A stretch of 64,000 nt of DNA. Origin: Histomonas meleagridis 2922-C6/04-290x (Eukaryota; Protista; Parabasalia). Positions 52,846 through 64,000 of this stretch are shown piece by piece. The position numbers and the translations under genes were made by a program. Every line of letters begins with the position of its first letter. Position 1 is the stretch's first letter. Under the pieces are notes generated by a model. It saw only the letters and a program-made list of their open reading frames with translations, made no database searches and was not told the origin of the DNA. The stretch spans positions 1 to 64,000 of the forward strand of contig JAANOX010000251.1 of NCBI GenBank assembly GCA_020184695.1. The letters are read 5' to 3'.

Positions 52846-55800
52846 ATGGGAGGATCTCAAAGTACACCTCCTAAAAGCTCCAAATCTCCACAAAGGCCAT
52901 CAACTACTCAAAGCAAGCCATCAACAACAACTCGACAACAAACAACTTCACCAAAAAAAGAAGATATAATTTCACAAATTCCTGATTTTTCTTTTATTCA
53001 TAATAAATATCAAGAGATTAAATACCATCAGAAAAAAACTGAACTTGATTCTATCGATATTTCACCAGATGATTTGTTTTTAATTGCAACATTACTTCCT
53101 CAGTTTTGCGATTCTCCTCATGACATGATTCGTACAGCAATCAGGTTTTCTACAAACAGAGCAGAACGTAGTAATCCCGATAATTTTTCGCAATTTGAGT
53201 GTAATCAAAACATGAATTACTGTCGAAAAGTTGCAATAAATCGATGTAAAGTACGACGCAAAATACGTTCAACTCCCACAATTAATTTACCAACGCTTCC
53301 ATCTAAAGATCATTATAATGAAATATCAATTGACAATATCATTTCATTTTTAAAAGGAAATTGGGTTCATCAAAATGAGCAACTTCTTCAACAAATGAAT
53401 TCTTTACTTATTAATCTTTGTAAAGGAGCCATGACAACACCAGATATTCAATCAAAAGAACGATTTCATCAAATTATATCGGGAATATTAGGCAATGATT
53501 TATGTGAAATGTTATTACCACAAGAAGATTTTGATTTAGAAAAAATACATCAACAGAATATTGACAATCTCAAAAAGATTGAGGAATCACAAAATGGAAT
53601 TTCATTATCATTTGATTTAACATCACCAGCGTCGACAATTAAAATCGATTCTAATATAGTTTTACGACAAGGAATGTGTAGTGATGGCACATTTTTATTT
53701 TTATTAACCAAAACAAAGAATTTAATTGTATATCCAATTTATAAAGGATTAATCATTGATGAATCAGTTGCAAATTATTTATTTTCATCATTTGATATTG
53801 ATGATAATTCGATAATATTTTGTTCTCAAAAACATTTATATATTAAAACGAAAACAAAAGTTTATCAAATATTAATTTCTGATATAACTAAAAGTTCAAT
53901 TACTTATAATCAAATTAATAATGAAAGGTTTCAAAATATTGATAATGCATGTTCAGATGGAATATCTTATATTATTAATTATAAAGATCATTCACAATTA
54001 ATTATTAAAGAAGATAAAGAACAAAGACTTTATAATGGTTTACCAGATATTCACTTTGAAAATGGAATAATATTTTTAACAAATGGTAAATATCAATGTT
54101 TAGCAGGATTAAATACAAATACATTTTTCATTATAAGTTATGATTGGTCAGAAATAAATAAATTTAATCTATTTTTCGAAAAAATTAATGAACCAATAGA
54201 ATCAGCTACAATTAATTCGATTCATGACGTAATATTTGTAGCTACAAAAAATGAAAATGATACAATAATTTCTTCTTATTTAATGTATAATTCGAAAAAT
54301 ATTTTATGTAATATTGAGAATATCAATTTGATCCAAACTGATAATATATATGAACGTTTTGGGAATTTATTATATAAATTTATGATAAAATTATCATTTT
54401 CAAATATAATTCCTGAAAAATTATATGTTAAAAATGATAATTTTATGAATGAATTAAAATCATTAATTAAATTTATTGAAATATTTCAAAAAAACAATGA
54501 TTTATTTAGAGCTCTTTTACTTTTATTTGATTTAAATTTAAGGAAATATCAAAATGAAACTATAGCACAATCAATTAAACCAATTTTATTAAATCAATTA
54601 ATTGATAATAAAAATAATCAATTAACTAAAAATATAATTTATGGAGTTATATTTAATAACATTGATTTATTTTATAATGATGAAAATTTAACAAATGAAT
54701 TCCTTGATTTAATTAAAAATATGATAAATAATAATAATAAAGGAGAAAACATTAATAATATTTTTATAGATTGGGCACTTAAATGTTTATGGAAATCGAA
54801 ATTTATAACAAAATTAACAATTAATACTGAAATATTCATTGATTTATTTGGTAATAAATGGCCTAAAAAATCATGTTTAAATAATGAATATTCATCATTA
54901 ATTGATTTTTTATTAATTTATCAAGAAAGTTTAATAGATGCATCCACTGAAATTATAGAAAATGATCCTTTAAACTTTAAGAACTCAAAAATCATTGATA
55001 ACTTATGTAATTATATTAAAATTTTATTATGTGAATTCCGTGAATATCTTTTTGAACTTATTAAAACAGAACATGATATTAATCAACGAAAAATTAATTC
55101 GAATTCAATCATTTATATGTTAATTAGTAATTTTATGGCTTTAGCATCACCAATAATTAGTTCAAGTAAAATTGCAACAAGAATTATTGATGATACAAAT
55201 GAAATCATCAAATTCTTAAATGATTGTTTCATAATGTCAGAAGAAACAAATACATTTTTACAATATTTTGATATGATTTATACTTATGCTATAGCTTGTT
55301 TAATTAGAGGTGGTTCAATATATCAATGTGAATTAGATTATTCATGGCTAATTAGAACTAATTTTAAGAAGAATATTATAATTAATGATAATGTTAATGA
55401 AGATAATTTTAATGAATATATTCAAGATCAATCAATACGTGATTTTATTATGAATGAAAATAATCCAACAATACAATTTCTAGAAAGAAAGAATATGAAA
55501 TTAAAAACAAAAGCTACAAAATGGATTAATAAAATATTAATAGTTACAGTATGTCATCAAACGAATTTATTAGAATTATTTATTGAAGAAAGTTCAAATA
55601 ATAATTATATACCAGAAATGAAAGATATTATTAATAATTGGGTAACTACCTTAAGTAGTAAATATATATATTATAAAAGAAATGACATTAAAAAATCTCA
55701 ACAATTCTTAACAAACTTAATAATATTATTACAATTAAATCCTTCATATAATAATTTCATTTCGAATCCTACTTTTCAATCCGAATATTTACAAAACCTT

Positions 55801-58800
55801 AAAACATTTATATTAAATAATGATCCATTTTTATTTGAACAAGTATTAAATGCATTACCAGAAAGAATTGAAAACATATTAAAGAGTTTTAATAATTTAA
55901 ATATATTATGTTTAGATATTCAAAACAAATTCTTCCAAAGAATTATTATCGATGGGATTTCAAGAACTGAATCATTCCAAAGACTTGGTTATTTATTATC
56001 ATTAACACATTTAGATGAAAATAATTTAGATATATTAAAGACATTTACAAATACTTTAATGGAAATGATTTTAAATTATGGACAACTTTCATGTTTAGAA
56101 GTATTATTTACAATTTTAGGATCTTGTAAAAGTTTACATGAATTTGCTATTGATGTAATGAATAAATTAACACCATTAATTCAAACTAATAAAGATCCAA
56201 TATTTTATACTGTTGCAGGTTTAGCTAATGAAACTAAAACAATACCGGATGAAATATTTAAACCAGATTATTATGATTTTAATAATTTAATTATGTTATC
56301 TGCTTGTAAAAATGGAATTTGTAATAACTGTACATATGAAATAATCTTTCATTATATACTTCAAGATGAAAATTGGATTCGAAAAATACCAAATGTAAAA
56401 TTATTCTTTAAATTGATCAAGAATTATAATAATTATGAAAAAGCATCAGAATATTTAACATGTGCGTTTGGGTGTATGCATAAATGTTTAACAATTTCTA
56501 ATATTAATAATTTAAATTCATTTGCACAAATAATTTATGGATTTAGAGATTTATTAAATCAAGATACAGAAATTTCAACATGTGTAAAAACTATTTTAGA
56601 ATCAATAACTATTGAATCTAAAATCACAAAAATTTTATTACTTTTTGCTATAATATCTGCTGATTTAACTGAATATGATTCGATTTTCATATTTCGAAAT
56701 GAAGATGGAAATTGGTTAAATATTAAAACTTCAATGTTAGATAAATCTTGTTTATTAATACCTATTACACCAACTAATAAATTCATTAAATTTAATAAAG
56801 AAAAATATTTCGAACCAATTCAAGAAATAGAATTAAATATTAATAAATCAATTGATTATGAAAGTATATTATCATTTTGGGATCGTTGTATTAAAAATGA
56901 AAATCCTTTATTATATAAATTTTATATCCAAACATTAATAAAATATATAACTGAATTAAATATTAACATTGAAATTGATGAAATTTCTAAATCTTCAAAG
57001 CCTTATATTAATTATAATAATTTATATTTAAGACAAATTGATCTTAAAAGGAAATTTGATCAATCCGAATATTTAACACATGAATATAATAATATATTTG
57101 GAAGAATTGATCAAAATAATTGGACACATTTATATTTATATAATATAATGAAATTTCAACATTTATTTATGCATATATTTTGGATTGATGATGGATTTAT
57201 AATTATTAAAGATAAAAATAATATTTATCTTGAAATTAAATCAGGTTTACATGAAATTATTTATAATAACAATGAAATAATTCATTTCAAAGGTGAAATT
57301 TATATTAATACATATAATGAAATTGGTTTAATACAAATTAATGAAATTCCATTTTATGTAAATAATAATGCAACAATTGAATTTGTTATTAAATCACCAC
57401 AAAACTTCATATTACAAGAAAATAATTTCCCTGAAAACATTGGAAATATTTCATTAAGATTAAATGAAGTCCAACAAAACATTATACGTTATAATAATAA
57501 AATTAATTGTATTGAAGATACTAATGCTAAAGAAGATAATTATACATTTGATATTCAAACTCCACGATTAAAGAATAATATAAATGAAAAAATTAATCGC
57601 GAAGGTTATAATGAATTTTATTGTTCAAGTTCTGATTCAATACAAGTTGATAAAACACAACAATTTTTAAGTTCTAAATTAACAATTGATTATTTACAAA
57701 TTAATAATGATATTAATATGAGTAATCAATTAAAGAACATTTTAATTGCTCAAGTTATTATAAAGAATGATAAAGCATTAAATGATATTACATTATTATC
57801 ATTCATTAGATCAGCAGTAATATCATTAATTGGATCAGAAAATCAAAAGTTTGTTAGTGATAAATTCCCTTATAATTTAGAAATTGGATTTTTCCAAAAT
57901 TGTTCAAATGGTTTATTACAAAGTAAAAACATTCAAAGTATATTTTTAGCAACAAAAATATTACTTAAATCAAATAAATTCTTAGATATATTAGGAAAAG
58001 ATTTAATTAATATGGCAGGAGATATTAAATATCATAATCTTTTATATAAGAAAGATTTAATATATATTGCGAAAGATATAAATTATGAACCTAAAGATAA
58101 AGATTTTATTATTAAATTTGCTGATGGTTCTAAAGGAAAAATTATAATGGATGATTCAGGTAAATGGATGATTAATACCCCAATGATATTTTTGTTTTTA
58201 TTATGGATATTTATTGAAAATTGTAATACATCAGAACAAAGAATTTGTGCTAAACTTTCATTAATTAATTGTTGGATAATTGAATCACCAATGATCAAGA
58301 AATATTTACCCGAATTTATGACATATCTTCAACGGAAATTAGAATTTTATCCAAGTGACTTTAATCAAATATATATTAATCATTTAACATATTTAATTTC
58401 TACAACAAGAAATGAACAATTAATCGGATTTTATGAATCAGAAAAGAATTATTTATCATTAAAATTAAATCAAAACATTAATAATAATTATATTAATATT
58501 GATGAAATGAAGAATAAAATGAATCCAAGTTTATTAAATCATATATTACAATTAATGAAGAATTATAATAAATTAGATACATTTCCTTATTGGGATTTAT
58601 TACCAATATATGAATCAATCCTTAAAACTACAAAATATAAATTATATCGAGAAGATTGTCCATATATAATCAATGAGAATTATATCGAAATTAATAATCC
58701 AAGTAATGAATCACTTTTATATATATTTTATTTCCCAAATATAACAAATTTAAATGTTAAAGTTAGTGATGATAAAGAACAATTAAATAAAGGAATTATA

Positions 58801-60420
58801 TTACCATTCGAAAAACATGAAAATAAAAATGTTATTCAATATATATTAGAATCAAAACAAGTAAAATATATATATACAAATCAAAATAAAATTAATGAAT
58901 TAAAAGTTAAAATAGAAATAATTCGAATATTAAAATATAAAGAAGAAATTAATGATCAAAAGTTCCAAAGTTGTATCCAAAAGTTTGCAATTGATTGGAC
59001 AGATAAAGATACAAATGAATTATTAACATTATCATCTGATTATGATATAAATAAAGAAGATTTTAATTGGCTCAAAATTAAAACTCTTCAAATGAAATCA
59101 TTAATACGGAAATTTGGAATTATTACATTACAATGTAAAATTGCATGTTTATATTTAATTAATTCGACAATAAATTTATTAAATGAAAGTTCTTTAGAAC
59201 ATTTCCATTTAGGCGATGATGAAATGCGACGATTAGCAATTGAAAATTCGAATTTATTACAATATCGAAGTCGATTATTTTTATTTAACATAACTACAAA
59301 CTATAATCCAATTAATATTTTACAATTTTTAATAAATCCAATAATATTAGATTTAGAACGAGCTAAAGATTTTCTTAATGGTAATTCTAATGACTTAAAA
59401 GATAGTATGATATATCAATTATCTAAATATACAAAAATGTTTAAAGAACGATTTGTATTACCAGTTTGGGGTGTTAAATATAAAGGTTCAGAAGCTGTTG
59501 ATGTTAGTGGTGTTACTAATCAAACAATTACATTATCTACTGAATCATTTACAAACATAAAATCAGAATTATGTATTATAGCGCCAAATTATAATGGTTT
59601 AATTGATGAAAATAAACCAGAGATAATACCATATCCTACAAAATCGACAAAAGAAATCGAAGAAATATTTTATACATTTGGTATATTATTAGGTTCAATA
59701 ATTCGATCATCAATGCCACAAGAAATATTATTCCCGAATTTCATATGGAAATTTTTAAGTGGGAAATCAATATCGATGAATGATATCTATGAAAATGACG
59801 TAAATTTGAAAAATGAAATTCTTCAAATTAAAAATGGACAAATTAAAGATCATTTATGGAATTATAAAGATTGGGATAATTCCATTAAATTCATAAATGG
59901 ATTTCCGAATGATAAACCAATAACAATTGAATCCGTTGATATATATGAGAAAATTGTTATTAGTTTACGAATTAAGTCAATCGAAAAATGGCTTTTGTTA
60001 ATACGAAATGGATTTTGGTATAACCAAAACATTAAAGAAACAGCATTCTTAAGTGATGGGTTATTAAAGTTCTTATGTTGTTTCACTACAATTGATATCC
60101 AAGGAGTCGTAGATCATTTGCAATTCGAAGGTGGTAACCCACAATTAATCGGATTCTTGGAAAGTATTTTGATGAATTTCTCCGAAGATGAAATGAAAAA
60201 GTTCTTGTTCTTCACAACTGCAATGCCTTCACACCCCAATTTTAATTTTGCAAATGATTACAGAATTAGAGTGGTGTTCAATGATAACCCAATCATATAT
60301 TTGCCGGCGGTACATACATGCAGCAAAACAATAGAAATGCCTGAATACCCGAATTTGAAGATGATGAAGGACAAGTTGATATTGGCAATGAGCCAAGGCG
60401 CAGGTATGGAAATTGCATAA
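52846..60420 (+). CDS. HECT-domain E3 ubiquitin ligase, N-myristoylation-type start
   Basis: C-terminal HECT: VKYKGSEAVDVSG, FLFFTTA, YLPAVHTCSKTIEMPEY; ATG 52846 gives MGGSQS. Confidence 0.93.
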   Translation: MGGSQSTPPKSSKSPQRPSTTQSKPSTTTRQQTTSPKKEDIISQIPDFSFIHNKYQEIKYHQKKTELDSIDISPDDLFLIATLLPQFCDSPHDMIRTAIRFSTNRAERSNPDNFSQFECNQNMNYCRKVAINRCKVRRKIRSTPTINLPTLPSKDHYNEISIDNIISFLKGNWVHQNEQLLQQMNSLLINLCKGAMTTPDIQSKERFHQIISGILGNDLCEMLLPQEDFDLEKIHQQNIDNLKKIEESQNGISLSFDLTSPASTIKIDSNIVLRQGMCSDGTFLFLLTKTKNLIVYPIYKGLIIDESVANYLFSSFDIDDNSIIFCSQKHLYIKTKTKVYQILISDITKSSITYNQINNERFQNIDNACSDGISYIINYKDHSQLIIKEDKEQRLYNGLPDIHFENGIIFLTNGKYQCLAGLNTNTFFIISYDWSEINKFNLFFEKINEPIESATINSIHDVIFVATKNENDTIISSYLMYNSKNILCNIENINLIQTDNIYERFGNLLYKFMIKLSFSNIIPEKLYVKNDNFMNELKSLIKFIEIFQKNNDLFRALLLLFDLNLRKYQNETIAQSIKPILLNQLIDNKNNQLTKNIIYGVIFNNIDLFYNDENLTNEFLDLIKNMINNNNKGENINNIFIDWALKCLWKSKFITKLTINTEIFIDLFGNKWPKKSCLNNEYSSLIDFLLIYQESLIDASTEIIENDPLNFKNSKIIDNLCNYIKILLCEFREYLFELIKTEHDINQRKINSNSIIYMLISNFMALASPIISSSKIATRIIDDTNEIIKFLNDCFIMSEETNTFLQYFDMIYTYAIACLIRGGSIYQCELDYSWLIRTNFKKNIIINDNVNEDNFNEYIQDQSIRDFIMNENNPTIQFLERKNMKLKTKATKWINKILIVTVCHQTNLLELFIEESSNNNYIPEMKDIINNWVTTLSSKYIYYKRNDIKKSQQFLTNLIILLQLNPSYNNFISNPTFQSEYLQNLKTFILNNDPFLFEQVLNALPERIENILKSFNNLNILCLDIQNKFFQRIIIDGISRTESFQRLGYLLSLTHLDENNLDILKTFTNTLMEMILNYGQLSCLEVLFTILGSCKSLHEFAIDVMNKLTPLIQTNKDPIFYTVAGLANETKTIPDEIFKPDYYDFNNLIMLSACKNGICNNCTYEIIFHYILQDENWIRKIPNVKLFFKLIKNYNNYEKASEYLTCAFGCMHKCLTISNINNLNSFAQIIYGFRDLLNQDTEISTCVKTILESITIESKITKILLLFAIISADLTEYDSIFIFRNEDGNWLNIKTSMLDKSCLLIPITPTNKFIKFNKEKYFEPIQEIELNINKSIDYESILSFWDRCIKNENPLLYKFYIQTLIKYITELNINIEIDEISKSSKPYINYNNLYLRQIDLKRKFDQSEYLTHEYNNIFGRIDQNNWTHLYLYNIMKFQHLFMHIFWIDDGFIIIKDKNNIYLEIKSGLHEIIYNNNEIIHFKGEIYINTYNEIGLIQINEIPFYVNNNATIEFVIKSPQNFILQENNFPENIGNISLRLNEVQQNIIRYNNKINCIEDTNAKEDNYTFDIQTPRLKNNINEKINREGYNEFYCSSSDSIQVDKTQQFLSSKLTIDYLQINNDINMSNQLKNILIAQVIIKNDKALNDITLLSFIRSAVISLIGSENQKFVSDKFPYNLEIGFFQNCSNGLLQSKNIQSIFLATKILLKSNKFLDILGKDLINMAGDIKYHNLLYKKDLIYIAKDINYEPKDKDFIIKFADGSKGKIIMDDSGKWMINTPMIFLFLLWIFIENCNTSEQRICAKLSLINCWIIESPMIKKYLPEFMTYLQRKLEFYPSDFNQIYINHLTYLISTTRNEQLIGFYESEKNYLSLKLNQNINNNYINIDEMKNKMNPSLLNHILQLMKNYNKLDTFPYWDLLPIYESILKTTKYKLYREDCPYIINENYIEINNPSNESLLYIFYFPNITNLNVKVSDDKEQLNKGIILPFEKHENKNVIQYILESKQVKYIYTNQNKINELKVKIEIIRILKYKEEINDQKFQSCIQKFAIDWTDKDTNELLTLSSDYDINKEDFNWLKIKTLQMKSLIRKFGIITLQCKIACLYLINSTINLLNESSLEHFHLGDDEMRRLAIENSNLLQYRSRLFLFNITTNYNPINILQFLINPIILDLERAKDFLNGNSNDLKDSMIYQLSKYTKMFKERFVLPVWGVKYKGSEAVDVSGVTNQTITLSTESFTNIKSELCIIAPNYNGLIDENKPEIIPYPTKSTKEIEEIFYTFGILLGSIIRSSMPQEILFPNFIWKFLSGKSISMNDIYENDVNLKNEILQIKNGQIKDHLWNYKDWDNSIKFINGFPNDKPITIESVDIYEKIVISLRIKSIEKWLLLIRNGFWYNQNIKETAFLSDGLLKFLCCFTTIDIQGVVDHLQFEGGNPQLIGFLESILMNFSEDEMKKFLFFTTAMPSHPNFNFANDYRIRVVFNDNPIIYLPAVHTCSKTIEMPEYPNLKMMKDKLILAMSQGAGMEIA

Positions 60421-60530
60421 AGAAATTGTTTATAAAATATTTTTGTTCAAAAGTTTCTTCCGAACATATAATTTGAATATTATCAAAAACCTCAAAACTA
60501 TGACTGATATTTTCGATTATTTTCTTAGAA

Positions 60531-62977
60531 ATGGAAATTAACCCAATATCTAGCATCAAGGCATCAAATATTAACACTGAAATCAAAATGCGTGGTGTTA
60601 TTGTTAGGATTAGCAACGTAACGAAGAATAAATTCAGATTACAAGGATATGATTCCAATTCAAATGATTTCCCGAAATGCATCCTCTGTTCGTATGACAA
60701 ACTAGTTGATATAGAAATTTACATAGAAGACTATGTTGAAGTTGATGGAATTGTTAAATCCAATCAACAATTGAAGGAAATTTATGTTGAGGTGAAGAGT
60801 GTGAAAATTATTACTAAAGAAGAAGCAGATATTCACCTTATTTCAAAAATAAATTCGTTTTTTAACCCAAATAATTTACAAATTTTAATTGATGATACAA
60901 TGTCGGGTATTGTTGAAATATTATCTAAAAAAGCTTGTGAAGATAGTTTTAAGTTAGTTCGAAAAAGATCAATAAAAGAAAAACGATTAACATTATTTTG
61001 CAATCAGCATAAAAATTATGGAAAAAATGATGATTTAAATAGTGGATGCGAGTTTAAAATACGAATTGGCTCATATATAATTGATAATGAAAGAAAATAC
61101 CATGTTACAAGTTTCAATTTACATCACGATCATTATCTTAATCCATTTATATATGCTCATTTAGCATTAGATGATAAAATCCAAAAATCAATATGCAATA
61201 TGCTAGATATTGGGATTAAACCAAATAAAGTTTTACAATTTATTTCTATTCAATATGGGGTTACATTGTCTCGATAACAAATTAATAGTATTTATTTTAA
61301 AAATAAATAATTAAAATGTCATAATAAATATTTAGAAACTCAGGAATTAATTGATTATATGGATTCAATTGGAAAACGATCATTTGTTTTTCAGAATGTA
61401 GATGATGAAAATATTATTTATAGAAAAGCAGTTGCAACTTTCACTAAATATGAACTTCGAGACTTATCTTTATATTCTGATTTTTTTGCAATCGATCCAA
61501 CATTTGCCAGTTTGACAACAAATTGGTCTATTATTCCTCTAACAGTCATTGGACCTGAGAGAGAAATTAGAAGTGCAGGTATAATTTTCACATATTCGTT
61601 AAAGGCCGAAATCTTTTATTGGATATTAAAATTAATATGCACTGAATTTCCAAGTGCAGGAATTTTACAAACAATTTGTTCTGATGATGATGTTGGTCTT
61701 GATGGAGCATTTACTTTAATACAAAAAAGGGATGATAATGAGTTAAAAGAAAAGATCAATAAAATACAGCGTGTTATTCGTTTTTGGCATAAAATGTCCA
61801 ACTTTATTCAATATATGAATTCACAAAATCTTCCTGATGACCAAAAGTCTTATTTAATAAATAAATTTCGATATATGGGAATGACAAGAAACAAATCTAT
61901 TGCACTATCAATTTCTCAAATTTCTAAATATTTAGAAGATAATGTATCAAAAAAGTTGAATTCAATATGCAAAAGTCTCATTAATAGTTTTACTTGCGGC
62001 TATAATACTAGTTCAATTGCAGAGTCATCAAATCGTCAACTAAAAAACATATTACCAGATAGAAAATTAAGTTCAAAAGAAGTTCGTTTATTTATTACTG
62101 AAAGTCATCAACAATCATTTAATGAAATAAAGTATATTAAACAAGTAAAACCACATAAATTATAAGAACCAAATGTAATCACAATTATGTCAAAATTAAA
62201 TGTTTCTAAAGCAATTGCAGAAGCGATCGCAGGATCATGGAAAAACATCAAAAAATTAAAAGGAATGCTTTTTTGTGATGATTATATATTTAATGAAGAA
62301 TACACATTAAAAAATGGAGAAAAATATTCTGAGATATTTAAGGTCCATGATTTAATTTGTAATTGCAATAAACAATTACAAGTTGGTATCCCATGTTCAC
62401 ATATAATTAATGTTCTAGAAATGAATAATTTAAGCGTAATAGATAATATTAAAATAGCAAACAGATGGGTACTAAATCAGCGAAACTTTATTTATCATCA
62501 TGAAGGTTCAAAATATTTTGAAGAAATTATCTATAGAATCACACATTTAAGTCCTCAAGAAAGATTTGTTTTATCTCGGGCAAAGAGAACACCATTATAT
62601 ATGAATTGGCAAGTAGAAGTCAGGATAAATACGAAAAAGCTATGGCTTCTTCAGATTCTCTAGAAAAAGAACTAAATAATGAATCAATAGAACAGATTGC
62701 TACTGATGAAATAGGAATTAGAGCCGGAAGAGGTAAAATTAATAGAAATACGAAAAAAGTTAATCCACGTCAATGTCTCATCTGTTCAAAGCCGCATAAT
62801 ACAAAAAGATGCCCCAGAAGAGGTGAAGTACTTAAATTTGTTCAAGAAGGTGGCTCAATCTTTGGATTAAAGCATTGTTCAATATGTAATCAAACTGGGC
62901 ATAATTATAAAAAATGCAAAGCTAGAGAAGCATGGTTAGAAGCTATTCGAAAGGGCGAACTTACTCCAATTGAATAA
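60531..62977 (+). mobile_element. Decayed Mutator-like (MULE) transposase gene
   Basis: FAR1-like zinc ribbon (C..H..GCEF..HHDH), DDE core (IDPTF, SDDD, xxWH, TSSIAESSN), SWIM finger (CNC..GIPCSHI) and two CCHC knuckles. In-frame TAA at 61275, 61308 and 62163; frameshift at ~62600. Confidence 0.85.
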
Positions 62978-63164
62978 ATTTGTTTTGCTTAATTTTATTT
63001 GTATTGTTTTTATTTTATATGATAATTTTGTTATTTTGTTAGCTTTACATAAATACGTTTATATCAGTACTGATACTTTTTCAAAGAGGGTGCTATTTGT
63101 TTATATGCACCGTGTGCTCTGGAAATGTACCCTTAGTTCAAAATATATAAAAGTGACACATTGA

Positions 63165-64000
63165 ATGGGAAACAGCAAGAGCACAATTGCAAACAAAGAA
63201 AATACAATTACAAATAGTGACAACAAAAATGTAAACAGCAAACACGAGAACGAATGGGAAACAATACAATATATGAAAGATATAATTTTTAATTTAAACA
63301 ATGAAAATATTGTTCAATCTGCAGAATCAATCATTAACAAATTTGATAAAATTTATCCGATTTCTTTTAATTTAATTGTTACTAAAATTATTTATGTAAT
63401 TATGGTTATGCGAATGGATGAAATTGATTTATATTTGAATTTTATCAAAGAAATTCAAAAACTGGAAATGGGATTTAGCACAAAAATAGACATTTTTGAT
63501 ATATATGTACATGATCTTCTTGGTGAAAGAACACAAGAATCATATTATCTTCTGACGAAAATAATTGAAAGCGATTTACTTGATCAAAAAATTATTCAAA
63601 ACACAACGAATTCATATTTTATGCAATATATGTCAGATAAAAATATTAAAAAATTAAAGAAATCATACTGGAATTATGTCGCGAAACATTATGAAGAACT
63701 TTCAAATAATAATTGTGAACTTCATAAGAAGTTAATTAAAGCAGGAGTTAATCCAAAGAAAATCGCAGAAATCATTCGAAATGATGATATCCAAAAACTT
63801 CAAGAAATATCATCACAAACAAATTTTGATTTTAATCAAAAAATTAAACCATCACTTTATGAAAGATGTTCATTTATTAATCGGTATAATGTTACATTAA
63901 TTGATTATGCAGCATTTTTTTCTTCAGTTAAATGTTTTAAATTTTTACTTATGAATGGTGCTAATATTGAAAATTCAGGTAAATATGCAGTTGCTGGTGG
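63165..64000 (+). CDS. DUF3447-type ankyrin protein, partial (runs off the window; absent from the ORF track)
   Basis: Open frame from MGNSKS.. to IIRNDDIQKLQ..IKPSLYERCSFIN..LIDYAAFFSSVKCFKFL..GKYAVAGG; close paralog of 24157. Confidence 0.88.
   Translation, partial: MGNSKSTIANKENTITNSDNKNVNSKHENEWETIQYMKDIIFNLNNENIVQSAESIINKFDKIYPISFNLIVTKIIYVIMVMRMDEIDLYLNFIKEIQKLEMGFSTKIDIFDIYVHDLLGERTQESYYLLTKIIESDLLDQKIIQNTTNSYFMQYMSDKNIKKLKKSYWNYVAKHYEELSNNNCELHKKLIKAGVNPKKIAEIIRNDDIQKLQEISSQTNFDFNQKIKPSLYERCSFINRYNVTLIDYAAFFSSVKCFKFLLMNGANIENSGKYAVAG

Noticed and set aside
1535-62165. Many in-frame TAA/TAG codons where Gln would fit (13486, 15126, 45680, 61275), suggesting TAR-to-Gln reassignment
   Set aside because: Intact host genes clearly terminate at TAA/TAG (eL38, CapZ-beta, Rab, USP). 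Other internal stops align to Tyr, Asn/Lys or Glu (8873, 14328, 1535). CAA-to-TAA decay explains the rest.
60420-63160. TIRs for the Mutator-like element
   Set aside because: No convincing inverted match between 60420-60530 and 62980-63160 by eye; boundaries left undefined
1-64000. tRNA, rRNA or snRNA genes
   Set aside because: No cloverleaf or conserved rRNA/snRNA segments were recognised by eye; a tRNAscan-SE/Infernal run would be needed to exclude them formally

Overview
Very AT-rich, intron-poor eukaryotic genomic DNA, most likely from a parabasalid protist (Tritrichomonas/Histomonas/Trichomonas relatives). This is inferred from DUF3447-type ankyrin genes, TCAYTT initiator motifs just upstream of ATGs, an M3/M5-like ribosomal-protein promoter, and Maverick-like DNA. 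The first ~16.5 kb is a mobile-DNA pile-up. It starts with a decayed RLE-type non-LTR retrotransposon (1-~2400), followed by an endogenous Maverick/Polinton-like virus cluster (~3390-16440). The cluster encodes two paralogous capsid-like genes, a penton-like gene, an A32-type packaging ATPase, a strongly reduced protein-primed PolB derivative, an HNH nuclease and two tandem adenovirus-pVI-like amphipathic peptide genes. It also has a 1.5-kb non-coding block of nested repeats and hairpins. No integrase, protease or terminal inverted repeat was recognisable. The remaining ~47 kb is host gene territory: a giant coiled-coil protein, BAR-like protein, USP deubiquitinase, arrestin-FYVE protein, TMD-less syntaxin-like SNARE, CapZ-beta, eL38, ankyrin proteins, dihydropyrimidine dehydrogenase with one in-frame TAA, Rab, FAM184-like protein and a HECT E3 ligase. 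It also holds a hAT-like MITE and a decayed Mutator transposase with an apparent N-terminal OB fold. The most unusual signals are (i) an ankyrin gene interrupted seven times at the same loop position by 63-84 nt AT-rich spacers lacking canonical splice signals, and (ii) the integrase-less virus with a minimal polymerase and pVI-like peptides. All identifications come from manual motif reading; no database searches were run.
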